A stretch of 64,000 bases of DNA from Amoebidium appalachense (GCA_963693365.1 CAVNZM010000011.1:3391098-3455097), one strand, 5' to 3'. Shown: positions 40,955 to 51,178, counted from the first letter of the stretch. Program-made: numbers and translations. The notes: generated by a model from the letters alone, not told the origin.

Positions 40955-42278
40955 CACCACAGTGCACGTGCACCACACAACATAAGAATAGTGTACTGCC
41001 CCAGTCCATTACTACGTATTTGCATTTATCATAACTTCGATTGACATGTTATTTATGTAAAGACCCCAGTGTCCACCGAAGGGAAATTGATTGAATAAAC
41101 TGATTTATTTACTTGACATACAACGATCTGCCAGCACATAGGCAACTCATACTCCCCCCCCCCCCCCCCCCCCCCCCCCCCCGCCGCCGCCGCCTCCTGG
41201 CGCTGAGCCTTAACGTTTTCATCACATCTACATTCTGTTGCCTGTGCCCCTGTGTGAATCGTTGAGCACGCACGATCGCAACTCGACCCCTTGCTATATC
41301 ATCAGCCAAGCAAGCGCCTCACCCCCTCTCCCTCTCTCCCCCCACACGTGCACACAGACCCACACATGTAAAACTCACTCGTCCACCTTCACGTCACACA
41401 GGCGCAGAGAAGTGGCAAAGGCCCATCGATAATATCACCATGCGGCCTTCGCTCTATTACAGGGTTCAATCAGGATTGAGATGATTCACCTATAAGATAT
41501 TATGATTGGTACTAGATTATTTACGATTGTAGGGGCTCCCGAGGTTGGGGGGAAAATATGATAAAGGGGAGGGGGAACGGTCCGGGGGGGGGGGGGGGGG
41601 GGGGGGGGGAGGGGGGAGGGAGAGAGGGGGGGGATTCGGAGGGGGGACTGTGACTTCCCTACATAGTCTCAAACTGAGCATTATTATTATTAGGCTGTGC
41701 ACTTGAAGAAACCTTCATGTGCAGCAGTTAGTATTTCTTTCGGATCTGATTAGCTTAGAGCCCTCCGGACCCTTAAGTTTTCGGTTAATCAAAACAGACC
41801 GAAAAGTCAACATACATGTGCGCGCGTGCGTGTGTGTTTGGTGGTTATGTGTGTGTGTGTGTGCGTGCGTGCGTGTGCAACCGGCTAAGAAAGAGTGAAA
41901 CGGCTTACATTACTGGACCCACGGTCCCGGACACATGCCTTATTAATACTCCCTGGTTCTATGAGCCTTTCTGTGCCAAAATGTGTGCACATATCTGTGC
42001 CCGGGTACATTTGAGTTTTGTGTTAATTTGTCACTGGGTGTGTGTGTTTGTGGTGTGTGTGCACACGCGTGTATCACAATATGTGTCTGTGTGTGTGTGT
42101 GTCCGTGTCACGGTGCAGGTGCGCAGTGTGGTGTGTGTGTGCCCCCTCTCCGCCCTCCCCTCCCCCCCCCCCCAACCAAAAAAAAAAAAAAAAAGAAAAA
42201 GAAAAAAAAAAAACTTATGAGTGTGCACGCAGCCCACTTTGAGAAGGAACCAGAGGACACTGGGGTTGGGGGGTTGTT

Positions 42279-42318
<40 letters not shown>

Positions 42319-42382
42319 GGCACGCTGGGGGCTGTGCAAAAATGTGTGCATATCTCTGTGTGTGTGTGCTTGGATTTTGTGT

Positions 42383-42422
<40 letters not shown>

Positions 42423-42539
42423 CCCCCAACCCCTACCACCACCACCACCAAAAAAAAAAAAAAAAAAAAAAGGAAGAAAGAAAGAAAGAGAGAAAGAAAG
42501 AAAAAATCACGCAGCCCAGAAAAAGGACCCACATGAACG

Positions 42540-42579
<40 letters not shown>

Positions 42580-43421
42580 GATTGATAAGATAATGAACCC
42601 TACGGCCGAGAAACCTTGAGATTTTAGACCCTAAACCGTTATTATCTGTTATCTTAAGAGTGACCCCTTTAATATAAGACCCGTCGTCCCGTGCCACTGT
42701 CAGTCTACTTTACTAAGGTCACGGTGTGCATGTGGCGGGACGGGGTGGAACGTGAAGACTCGGAGAATTTAAGGGAGTTTCTGTTAGGCCGATTTATTGT
42801 CCCCACTCCAGGTCATCCGGGTCAAGCCATTCACCCAGCATATAAATAATGATGATCATAACTGCAATCTTCTTTCTAATGCTTTATCATTATTAAGGCT
42901 TCTTTATTTCTTTTTATTCTCTTTTCTTTTTCTTTATTGTTGTCAAGTTATGGTGCGCAGCTGATGCGCAGCACGCCAATCATAGCTAGAATCCCCTCTG
43001 ACCCGAACCGGCCCGAAAGTCTAAAAGAAACCCCCTGTAACCGAATGGTTTGTGTTAAAACTTGGAGTTGTCCAGTCGGAATTATACTGTACCATTCGTG
43101 ACTCATTGGTGTGAAGCCTGGACGCACAGGGCATTCTATCGGATAGATCAGTACTGTCTGGATGTAGCTAGTGGATGCATGTGTGGTGATGCCAGGGTAG
43201 CTACACCGTCATGTGTGTTTTTCATTGTTTTTTTTTTTATCCCGTTTCACCTCCCGGTGAGGCACTGCCTCAGGGGAGCTTACCGTCTTCCGCCTAGACA
43301 CAGATCGTACTGTATAGCATACTCATAAGTCAGGATTCTAACTGACCCCAACTGGCACTATTTTTAGTTACGCCTTATCCCACGTGCACAGTTCTAGCCG
43401 CAGCAACGCTAGTGGGGAAGT

Positions 43422-44160
43422 GGCCCGGGTACGATATCAGGAGCGGGCAATTTTTGAATTCTCCCCCCCGGCCCCGCCGGGGAAAATTTGAGGTTTTTGG
43501 ACCTCAAAGAAGTCAAATCCTGCAAAATCCACTATACCGGGTGGCCAAAAAGGGTGATTTCACAAAAAAGCAGGGTCATACATGAAAAGAAGAAAATAGG
43601 CGAGTTCAGTGGGCTGCCGATGAGTATATTTCGTGCTGCCGGTATACATGCTGCCGTGGTTGTTGCTCTAGACGGCAGTATGGCATTGCATGTGTCACGT
43701 GACCTGCACGTGAATGCGACCATGTGCAGGCACTGAGTCTAGGGGGATTTGTGTGTGTGTTTTGGAGCACCGACAAGGCAGAGCCAGGGTGAGGGATGTG
43801 TAAACATGGAGTTTAGGGAGATCGTGCTGCTATTGTAACATGTGCACAAAACAGCCACGTGCACCACACTCCGGTGTACAGAACAATAATATGCACATGC
43901 GTCACTGTAATTCCAGGTATGCGCATGCCGCACAAGGTTTAGGGGACCACCACAGTAGAGACTATTTTCTTTTGGTTGATATCCATGTAGGAATGGTGTT
44001 TTGCAATTGTCATGGTCAGCCTGAGGCAGGCACGTGCACTCACTGAATTACTAGAACTCATGAATAAAAAATACATTCGCTAGAAATGGCAAGGTAAATT
44101 TGGGGCCAAAGTTATTATTTCCCCCTTTTTAAACGTTTGTTTAGGTCCAAGAACTTCGAC
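43422..44160 (-). repeat. ~740-bp dispersed repeat, copy B (inverted relative to copy A)
   Basis: Reverse complement of 34601-35341 with scattered substitutions. Similarity stops just before the KilA-N remnant. Confidence 0.9.
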
Positions 44161-44190
44161 AACAAAGCTTAACAAGAGAGGCCCAGCACC

Positions 44191-44580
44191 ATGCTATGCA
44201 ATGCCGGCCGCGTATACAACACGGAGAAGACGGGGGACAGTGCTGACAAGCATGTTCTGTTTTGGAGCCGCAAGAATATTGATTTCATCAGCAAAGCCCT
44301 GGAGCGTCTTAACCTGGCAATATACCAAGGAAAGTTGCCCCTGGGCAACATTCCTCCCATTGGTCCGCTGAGCGTCGATGACGTCATCGACACATCGAAT
44401 TCCAAAAAGAAGTCCGGCGATCCTGCGCTGAGGGGCACCTTCGTTCACATTGCGCTGTTCCCTGCTCTTGCCCGCTACGTCTCCACCGACTTTGCCGTAC
44501 ACACGGACGCCCTGCTGTCGCGCATGTTCACGGGCGACTACTCTGTGCTGGCCGATGTCATCGACATCTTGCCCGGGACC
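44191..44580 (+). pseudogene. Truncated KilA-N DNA-binding domain gene at the host/virus junction
   Basis: (ST)MLC start and GTFVHIALFPALARYVSTDFAVHTDALL match the KilA-N pattern (NATKLC..GTYVHxxLxxxxAxWISPxFA). Stop just upstream; runs into host-like poly-G downstream. Confidence 0.7.
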
Positions 44581-44963
44581 TGTGCGTGCGGTTTGGGTTT
44601 GATCGGGTGTGAAAAGGGGGGGGGGGGGGGGGGGGGGGGTTGATAGTGTTTACTGGAATATGTGTGCTGTTTTATTCTCTCGAAGGAGAGTTGGCGAATG
44701 CCAACTTTCCTCCCATTCGCCGACTGGCCTATTTATGAATTTTCAAATAAACGACTATGCCTAACAAGAGAGGCCATTGTTCAAAACGACCGGTGGGTTG
44801 GGTGGGTCACGTGACGAGAAGTTGCATTTGCAACTATTCAAGGGAGATCAAGTAGCATAACCTGGCAATATACCAAGGAAAGCTGCCCCTGGGCAGGATT
44901 CCTCCCATTGGTCAATAAACAACAAAGCGGTTTGTGGAGGGACGGACGGAGCGACGTGACCAA

Positions 44964-45710
44964 TTAGTACATGCCGCGGGGCATGTCTTGTGCCGTGCCG
45001 GCATTCGTCTTTGGCATGCCTAATAAGCGGAACAGCAGATACCCCACGATGGCAAGCACCAAAATGACGGCGACGACCTTGAGCATGCCACCGAACGCAC
45101 CAAACATGCCGGCAAGACCCTCGCTCGACTGTTCGGTAATCTTCTCCAGCTTTGCAGCCGACTCCTGGACCGCCTTGTCGTTCATGATGTTCTCCGACAC
45201 GAGCTCGGCCAGCGCTTCGATGGTCTGTACCTGATTGATTTTCTTGATTTTCAGGTTTCTGTCGTCTTTGATCTCCATCTCCTGCTTCGCGTTCATCACG
45301 AGGGTCAGCGAGCTGTCAAACGCGCGTGTTGCATTGAAGGTGAAGTCGTTGATGGTCTGCGAGAACGTGTCGCTGGAGTTCTTGCCGCTGCTGCCCAGCT
45401 CGGTCTTCTGCTTGAGTTTCTCGTTGAGCTCCGCTTCCAACTTACTCTTGAACTCGTTCGTGCTCTGGGTCTTCTGTATGGCCTTGATGTTGATCTTGAC
45501 GCGCTGGAGCTGATTAATTTCGCCGAGGTCCGCACCCGTGAGACCCGAGATCGTCATCTTCTGGTCCGTCATGGTTGAGGCGCTTACGCTCTGATCAACC
45601 TTGATGCTCGTGGACACGGAATTGCGGACGATGTTTTGCAGCGTCGTGGTCGTGCTGTTGCCACAGTCGCCCATTCCGAGTATACACACCATCTTGTCGT
45701 CTGGATACAT
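44964..45710 (-). CDS. Virion membrane protein, poxvirus L1R/F9L-like myristoylated envelope protein family (start uncertain: 45710, 45692 or MG at 45674)
   Basis: MGDCGNSTTT.. followed by an S/T/N/Q-rich helical body with repeated Q-x-I-x-I / INQxQ motifs and one C-terminal TM (VVAVILVLAIVGYLLF). Confidence 0.75.
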   Translation of the reverse strand: MYPDDKMVCILGMGDCGNSTTTTLQNIVRNSVSTSIKVDQSVSASTMTDQKMTISGLTGADLGEINQLQRVKINIKAIQKTQSTNEFKSKLEAELNEKLKQKTELGSSGKNSSDTFSQTINDFTFNATRAFDSSLTLVMNAKQEMEIKDDRNLKIKKINQVQTIEALAELVSENIMNDKAVQESAAKLEKITEQSSEGLAGMFGAFGGMLKVVAVILVLAIVGYLLFRLLGMPKTNAGTAQDMPRGMY

Positions 45711-45774
45711 TCAGGCGCGGCGGACCAGCGGGCAGCGCCATTTTGCCTGTGAAATATTTTCTCCCCGCACGGTA

Positions 45775-46344
45775 ATGGACCGCTGTTCATCGAAGCGCAG
45801 CCTGAGCGACAGCGACGAGGACATGTGTGACACGGCGGAGACCAAGGCCCTGTGTCTGCCCAGGCCCCCACCCCCCGAGGTCACCCTGCCCACGGGTGTG
45901 GCCACAACCAACTACAGCAAGACCCAGATCCCACGCCCGGCCATGAACGAGATCAAAGCCGAGACCGACCCAGTCAAGGTTGAAGGACTGAACTTTATTG
46001 TTATGTCGTGTGCCGCCCAGGGCCTCGACCAGGTGACAAGCGACAACCAGTGCGGCATGAAGATCCGCGGGGCGTTCAACACCGTGGAGGAGGCCAACGC
46101 GCACGCCCGGGTGCTCCAGGAGAAGGACCCGTTCTGGGACATCTACGTGGCACCCATGTACGAATGGTTTGTGGTGCCGCCCAAGACGGTTATGTGCGAA
46201 GAGGTGGTGCATCCTAACAAGACCATGGAGGAGATCATGAACAACGAGCTGCGCCACAGGCACCAGCTGGCCGAAGGCCTAGAGACACGCATACAGGACG
46301 CAAAGAACGAACTGAACAAGCAGGACATGATGGTGGACTCCTAG
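45775..46344 (+). CDS. Conserved NCLDV protein (DUF5832-like)
   Basis: GMKIRGAFNTVEEANAHARVLQEKDPFWDIYVAPMYEW motif typical of this giant-virus family. ATG at 45775. Confidence 0.75.
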   Translation: MDRCSSKRSLSDSDEDMCDTAETKALCLPRPPPPEVTLPTGVATTNYSKTQIPRPAMNEIKAETDPVKVEGLNFIVMSCAAQGLDQVTSDNQCGMKIRGAFNTVEEANAHARVLQEKDPFWDIYVAPMYEWFVVPPKTVMCEEVVHPNKTMEEIMNNELRHRHQLAEGLETRIQDAKNELNKQDMMVDS

Positions 46345-46356
46345 ACACAGACCGGA

Positions 46357-47055
46357 CTACATGGATTCCTCGGGTGGGAGCAGGCAGACGCCGTTGGGAA
46401 GGTTGGTGCCGTCGGCCTCGTCGGGAGGTAGCACGCGGATCTGGAGGGCAAACAGGCGCACCTCGAGCTTGCCGTCGAACTCGACACGCTGGCCCTTGCG
46501 CTTGACGCCGTTGTAGATGCCCACGGACTTGATCTCGCCGGCGACGCGCACGTTGGGCAGGTTGGGGCTGTTGAACACGGCCAGCACCTGCTCGCGGTCC
46601 ATGGGCTTGCCGCTGGCGTCAAAGTAGTTGGCGCCGGAGTCGGGCACCAGGCGGAACTTGATGGACTCGATGCGGTCGACGAGGCACGAGCGCATGCGGT
46701 GGTTGATGGCCATCTCGTCGGGGATGGGGTCAAAGTCGGAGAACGCCAGCTCGGCGTTGGCCACGGCCCAGGAGACCACGGCGGCCTCGAGGTCGCGGAC
46801 GGCCGAAATAAAGCTGTCCAGCTGCTCCTGGCATCCACTTGAAGGCGCGTACTGCGAACAGTCCAGCGAGTTGTACTCCTCGTTGGGGGGGAACTTGCAC
46901 TTTAGCAGGGGGGTGTAGAAGCGGATGGGCTTGTTCTGGCGGCGCACAGGGAAGTAGATGGCGGTGTGGTTGCCTGCCCTGTTGCTCTCCAGCTTGGAGG
47001 GCCCGATGGTGATGTCGCGGCCATGGATGGCTTCTGTCCAGTGTGCGAACTGCAT
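46357..47055 (-). CDS. Putative NCLDV single-stranded DNA-binding protein (T7 gp2.5-like OB fold)
   Basis: PIRFYTPLLKCKFP, FISAVRDLEAAVV, IKSVGIY, LQIRV pattern with an acidic C-terminal tail. TATA box 42 nt upstream. Confidence 0.6.
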   Translation of the reverse strand: MQFAHWTEAIHGRDITIGPSKLESNRAGNHTAIYFPVRRQNKPIRFYTPLLKCKFPPNEEYNSLDCSQYAPSSGCQEQLDSFISAVRDLEAAVVSWAVANAELAFSDFDPIPDEMAINHRMRSCLVDRIESIKFRLVPDSGANYFDASGKPMDREQVLAVFNSPNLPNVRVAGEIKSVGIYNGVKRKGQRVEFDGKLEVRLFALQIRVLPPDEADGTNLPNGVCLLPPEESM

Positions 47056-47090
47056 GTTTGCGAGCGTGGAAATGAGGGCATGCGAGCTTC

Positions 47091-47099
47091 TTTTATACC
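47091..47099 (-). promoter_or_regulatory. TATA box (GGTATAAAA) upstream of the SSB gene
   Basis: The same motif precedes four other viral genes at a similar distance. Confidence 0.65.
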
Positions 47100-47114
47100 T
47101 TCTGGGGGGTGGCC

Positions 47115-47420
47115 TCAGGCCGGCATGCCGCCGCGCCACGCGTCCTGGAACGCCATTTCGTAGGTGACCGCGCGGTTCTTCTCCATCGGGTACGAATGGA
47201 TCATGTCCCTGGGCTCGAGACGCACGGCGTACATGGATGCCGGGACGGCCGTACGTGGAGTTGTGTAGCGGTTTGCGGCTTCGAGGGCGGTGTAGTCCAG
47301 GCGCGTGGAGCGCTTGCCCCTGTCACTCGTCGTGCTGCGCACCTGCACCTCGTTCATGACCATACCCATTGTAAGGTCGTTTTGGTTGGAGAGCAAAATG
47401 CGACCGTAAGAATCAGCCAT
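47115..47420 (-). CDS. Hypothetical viral protein
   Basis: 101-aa ATG ORF filling the gap between neighbours. AATATT motif 11 nt upstream. Confidence 0.6.
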   Translation of the reverse strand: MADSYGRILLSNQNDLTMGMVMNEVQVRSTTSDRGKRSTRLDYTALEAANRYTTPRTAVPASMYAVRLEPRDMIHSYPMEKNRAVTYEMAFQDAWRGGMPA

Positions 47421-47458
47421 GAGCTATGGCAATATTTTTTTTTTGGAGGGCCCCGCTA

Positions 47459-47704
47459 ATGGAGATCAACAACAACACGCTCTTGCTGCTGGCCATCGTT
47501 ACCATCTGGTACTACTGGTCGCAGCAACCGCAGGCGCCGCCGCCGCAGAGCACGTGTCCCCGGCATTCCAACTACGTGCCCGTGCCCATCGCCGTGGCGC
47601 CTGTCAAGGTGGACGTGGACCCCAGAAACGACATCACCAACACCGCCAAGGACGGCACCGACCTGCGGAACGTGCTCAACACCACGGTGAGCTACGTGAT
47701 CTAA
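47459..47704 (+). CDS. Small viral membrane protein (N-terminal TM)
   Basis: MEINNNTLLLLAIVTIWYYWS..; GC3-rich codons like the other viral genes. Confidence 0.65.
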   Translation: MEINNNTLLLLAIVTIWYYWSQQPQAPPPQSTCPRHSNYVPVPIAVAPVKVDVDPRNDITNTAKDGTDLRNVLNTTVSYVI

Positions 47705-47709
47705 ACATA

Positions 47710-48372
47710 TCAGAACGTGCCTGCCAAGACGTGTAGTGAGTCGATACCCCCGGCCCCGTAGGCCATGACGCCACGCCCACCCGCCGCCCACCCTTGCCCC
47801 CAGCTGTTCTGCACCAGCCAGCCGCCCCTGGCATCGTCCCAACCGAACACCATCACCGCATGCCCGCCCACGGGCCTTTCACCCGGATCCGGTGTCCACG
47901 TCTCCTCAGGGCCAAGCCGCTTCATCGAGCGGTGTTCGAGCACGTGCATGGCGACAGGCCCGTTCCTCTGTATTTCCCGCTTGATGGCACATGACCCGTG
48001 GCCCTGCATGTCCGTGAATGAACGCAGTTTGATTCGACCTTTGTCCGTGAGCACGCCCACGCGGCAGGCGTGCATGTGTGCCTTTACCAGCGTACCCCCC
48101 ATGCAACCCCTGTTTCCCAGTGTGTTTTGGAGAAGGTCGTCAGTGTCGACGGTCACCTGCTTGCCGAGCTGGACGGCGATGCGCCCATGGAGCGCAGCCG
48201 ACGTGGCGTGCGCCCAGCACGAGCCACACCGTGCCTGGTAGCCCACGGGGGCAACCACCGCGGGGGAAACGTCGAGCCAGCTGAACCGAGATGGAAGCGG
48301 GCGGCAGTATGAGCGCAGGAACAGAACCAGGGCGCACACGATCAGTGCGAGTAGGAGGAGGGGAACGGTCAT
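47710..48372 (-). CDS. Papain-like (C1A) cysteine protease with N-terminal signal/anchor
   Basis: QARCGSCWAH (catalytic Cys), GCMGG, GGHAVMVFGW (His), WLVQNSWG (Asn). Confidence 0.9.
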   Translation of the reverse strand: MTVPLLLLALIVCALVLFLRSYCRPLPSRFSWLDVSPAVVAPVGYQARCGSCWAHATSAALHGRIAVQLGKQVTVDTDDLLQNTLGNRGCMGGTLVKAHMHACRVGVLTDKGRIKLRSFTDMQGHGSCAIKREIQRNGPVAMHVLEHRSMKRLGPEETWTPDPGERPVGGHAVMVFGWDDARGGWLVQNSWGQGWAAGGRGVMAYGAGGIDSLHVLAGTF

Positions 48373-48409
48373 GTGTGACGGCACGTTTTTTATTTTGTCC
48401 CGTACTGTA

Positions 48410-48640
48410 ATGGATGAAGCAGCCAGCAACCCCAAGGACACCACCCCCAACGCACCCGAGCAGCAGCCAGACACCCCGACCGAAACCGCTGCCACCAGTC
48501 CCGTGCCAGCAAGGCAGGGCATGGTGGTACGGGCGGGGACACCGCAATTCTTCCTGATGGTGTTTCTTGTGACCGTTGCGGCGGCCATCGTGGGCACGCT
48601 GCTGGCTGGGTACATCGGTTCGCGGTTTTTGACGAGCTGA
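48410..48640 (+). CDS. Small viral tail-anchored membrane protein
   Basis: P/T-rich N-terminus and a C-terminal hydrophobic helix FFLMVFLVTVAAAIVGTLLAGYI. Confidence 0.6.
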   Translation: MDEAASNPKDTTPNAPEQQPDTPTETAATSPVPARQGMVVRAGTPQFFLMVFLVTVAAAIVGTLLAGYIGSRFLTS

Positions 48641-48675
48641 GGTGGTCAGGTTACGGATTTTGCCTGCTGCTGCCA

Positions 48676-48852
48676 ATGGCACGCCGGAGACACGGATTAC
48701 GGAGACGCACGCAGAGACGCCCACGTCGCGGAGGCTTGAAACGCGAACAACTACAAAAGGCATTTGAACTGGGGCTGCTCGATTCGCCTTACTCGCTGGG
48801 CATGGACCGCAGGTGTCTACGCGGGATTCTGGGGCCGTGTGGGTCCTCGTGA
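48676..48852 (+). CDS. Small Arg-rich viral protein (58 aa)
   Basis: Manual translation MARRRHGLRRRTQRRPRRGGLKREQLQKAFELGLL..; below the ORF-track cutoff; fills an otherwise empty gap. Confidence 0.5.
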   Translation: MARRRHGLRRRTQRRPRRGGLKREQLQKAFELGLLDSPYSLGMDRRCLRGILGPCGSS

Positions 48853-48876
48853 GCACGGAAACAACGCCAGATGTAG

Positions 48877-49182
48877 ATGCGAGGCAAGAGGGACAAGTGG
48901 CTGGCCCAGCAGCGCCAGCGCACACAGCACCAACTGTGGCAGCAGCGACAGCTGATGAAGCAACGCCTGCGCCGATACCGGGAAGTGGGACAACTGAAGG
49001 TGCGAAACAATATGGAGCTCAAGCGGATGTTAGCAACGCGCAAGAAGGCGCTCCGGATGCTCGATGAGGTCACGCGCGACATAGCGCGAATAAGGCACAC
49101 GTCGGCCGGTCCGTTGGTGACGGAGCTTGCCCTGCTGACGGAACAGGCACTTGCGCTGGACGCGCCCGGCCAAAATAAATAA
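48877..49182 (+). CDS. Hypothetical basic coiled-coil viral protein
   Basis: 101-aa ATG ORF in tandem with its neighbours. Confidence 0.55.
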   Translation: MRGKRDKWLAQQRQRTQHQLWQQRQLMKQRLRRYREVGQLKVRNNMELKRMLATRKKALRMLDEVTRDIARIRHTSAGPLVTELALLTEQALALDAPGQNK

Positions 49183-49193
49183 CTCAGGCATGT

Positions 49194-49742
49194 ATGGAAA
49201 GACACAGTGCAGTCGCCACAACGGCCGTGAGGCCACAGCCCCTCCCTGAACCTAGCTACAGCAGACAACAGCTGCGTGCGGAGCTCCGCGGCCTACGCCG
49301 GGATGCCATGCAGCGGAAACGACAGGAGCAGGAGGTGGCCCAAATGATACGACATTCCACAAACCGTGCCATCAAACGACTGAAGCGGTCAACGGCTCAG
49401 GCCTCGGGCACCGCTACGACGGGTCAGCGCATCAAGGACATCGAGATGCGCATACAGAGGGTGCTGCAAGGGGCTCGGTTGGTGGCCCGGGGTAGGGAGC
49501 GATTGGGGGAAGAGGCCAGTGACCAGCTTCTACGGATTTACCACGCAACCGACCGACTCATCCAGACGCGAAGAGCAAACGAGGCCGCGACGGCCAAGTG
49601 GCGGGGGCTCTATGAAGAGCTTGCAAAGCTGGGCGAGAAGGTAGGCAAGGCTTTGCAGGAGGATAGGCTGGCGGGATTGCAGGCGAGGGCCCAACAGGGT
49701 GGCACAGTCATAAATCAGGTATACGGTGGGCAGTCCGGTTAA
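49194..49742 (+). CDS. Hypothetical coiled-coil viral protein
   Basis: 182-aa ATG ORF, helical and R/Q/A-rich. Confidence 0.65.
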   Translation: MERHSAVATTAVRPQPLPEPSYSRQQLRAELRGLRRDAMQRKRQEQEVAQMIRHSTNRAIKRLKRSTAQASGTATTGQRIKDIEMRIQRVLQGARLVARGRERLGEEASDQLLRIYHATDRLIQTRRANEAATAKWRGLYEELAKLGEKVGKALQEDRLAGLQARAQQGGTVINQVYGGQSG

Positions 49743-49764
49743 AAATGTGGTGCGATCATATAAC

Positions 49765-51042
49765 ATGGCCGCAGTGGCGCAACCCGAACCGCCCAACTGG
49801 AGCAAGACACGGAAAGGAGGTCGGAAAAGTTATGCGTACTGGGAGGACCTCGACAAGCCCACGCAGAAGACGAAGAAGCAGGTGTTGAAGGGCCTGGAGC
49901 GGGCCGGCAAACGTGGAAAGGAGGAGGACCAGGAGATACAGAAGCGGATCAAGTACAAGGCGGACCTCGTGAAAAAGAAGTACAGCAAAGCACAGAAGCA
50001 ACAGGCCAAGGACAAGGTCCAGGCAAGTGAGCTTCTCGGATTTCAGGGGAAGAAGATTGCCGCAGTGGCACGGGGGGCAAGAACAGGCATCCCGCTAGCC
50101 AACCAGCAGGCGTTGTCGCGCATTGAACTCCAGTTGGCAAAGTTCAAGCTGCAGGCCAAGCAGTTGGCCAAGGACTACATCGACAAGAAGCTGGAGGTGG
50201 ACATCAGCAACTTGGGCAACGAGTACGACCAGCTCAAGACCCGCTACGAGAAGGCGGACGTCTCAGTCGACGACAGCAGCATAGGCTTTGTCACGAACAA
50301 GGCCACCGAAAAACTGCTCGCCCAGAAGCAACAGTTCAAGAAGAATCTGGATGCCGAGCTCCTTCTCAAGCGTATAGTGGGCTACAAGGCAGTTATTGGT
50401 GCATACCTTCGGTTCATAAAGGGCACCCGGAGCGAGCTGCTTAAGAACCCGGTGTACGTGAACTACTTTTCCAAGAAGACGCCGGATGAGCTGGGACACC
50501 TAAATCTGTTGTTTAACCGAGATGTCTATCTATTGCGGCAAGGGGATTTGAACAGCTTGGGTAATGCACTCATAGGGAAGCTGGTCGATACATCCAGTTT
50601 GCTGAGAAAGTGTGCGGCATGGACGAGCTCGATGTACAGCGCCGTGGATACCGCGCTGGGCACCAAACCCACGTTTGCACTGGTCAAAAAACTGGACAAC
50701 ACCAAGGACACTCTTTTTGATCTGGAGACGGAAATTGTGCGTCTCGCCAATCCCATTGCCCCCAGCAACCCCAACGACGAACCGGCGGACCTCGAGGACC
50801 TGGAAAATCGTTTCGAGGACATGGCAACGAATCTTGCTGGTGGGCGCGGGCTGGGTAACGTGGACATGAACGGCATCAATCAAGCCCTAGAAAACCAAGG
50901 GCAAGAGCCCATGGATATGGATAACCTGCGACAAGGGGTCGAAGGCGCAGACACAGGCGCAGCCGCGCAAAACATATCAGATTTGACGGCCCCGAATCAG
51001 CTTGAAACCATGCGGCAACGGCATGCAGCACCGGCAACCTAA
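49765..51042 (+). CDS. Hypothetical Lys-rich coiled-coil viral protein
   Basis: 425-codon open frame from ATG 49765; AATAAA overlaps the stop. Confidence 0.75.
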   Translation: MAAVAQPEPPNWSKTRKGGRKSYAYWEDLDKPTQKTKKQVLKGLERAGKRGKEEDQEIQKRIKYKADLVKKKYSKAQKQQAKDKVQASELLGFQGKKIAAVARGARTGIPLANQQALSRIELQLAKFKLQAKQLAKDYIDKKLEVDISNLGNEYDQLKTRYEKADVSVDDSSIGFVTNKATEKLLAQKQQFKKNLDAELLLKRIVGYKAVIGAYLRFIKGTRSELLKNPVYVNYFSKKTPDELGHLNLLFNRDVYLLRQGDLNSLGNALIGKLVDTSSLLRKCAAWTSSMYSAVDTALGTKPTFALVKKLDNTKDTLFDLETEIVRLANPIAPSNPNDEPADLEDLENRFEDMATNLAGGRGLGNVDMNGINQALENQGQEPMDMDNLRQGVEGADTGAAAQNISDLTAPNQLETMRQRHAAPAT

Positions 51043-51178
51043 TAAAACAAATGCGTACACAGTGTAAATGCGTGCTGTTTGGCTCCTTCTGTTTCTGTTG
51101 TTTGTCGGCGCTGCCGTCTTTATTTGGACTAGCCCGTGAAGGGCTCGGTTAAAATGATGTTTTCTTCATGCTCGTGGG

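Noticed and set aside
4800-44100. Dozens of track ORFs rich in poly-Pro/Gly, His-Thr or Val-Cys
   Set aside because: Translations of homopolymers and (CA)n microsatellites, mostly inside introns; not genes.
34601-44160. The inverted repeats as terminal repeats of the virus
   Set aside because: Both copies lie on the host side and enclose an intron-containing host gene, not viral genes.
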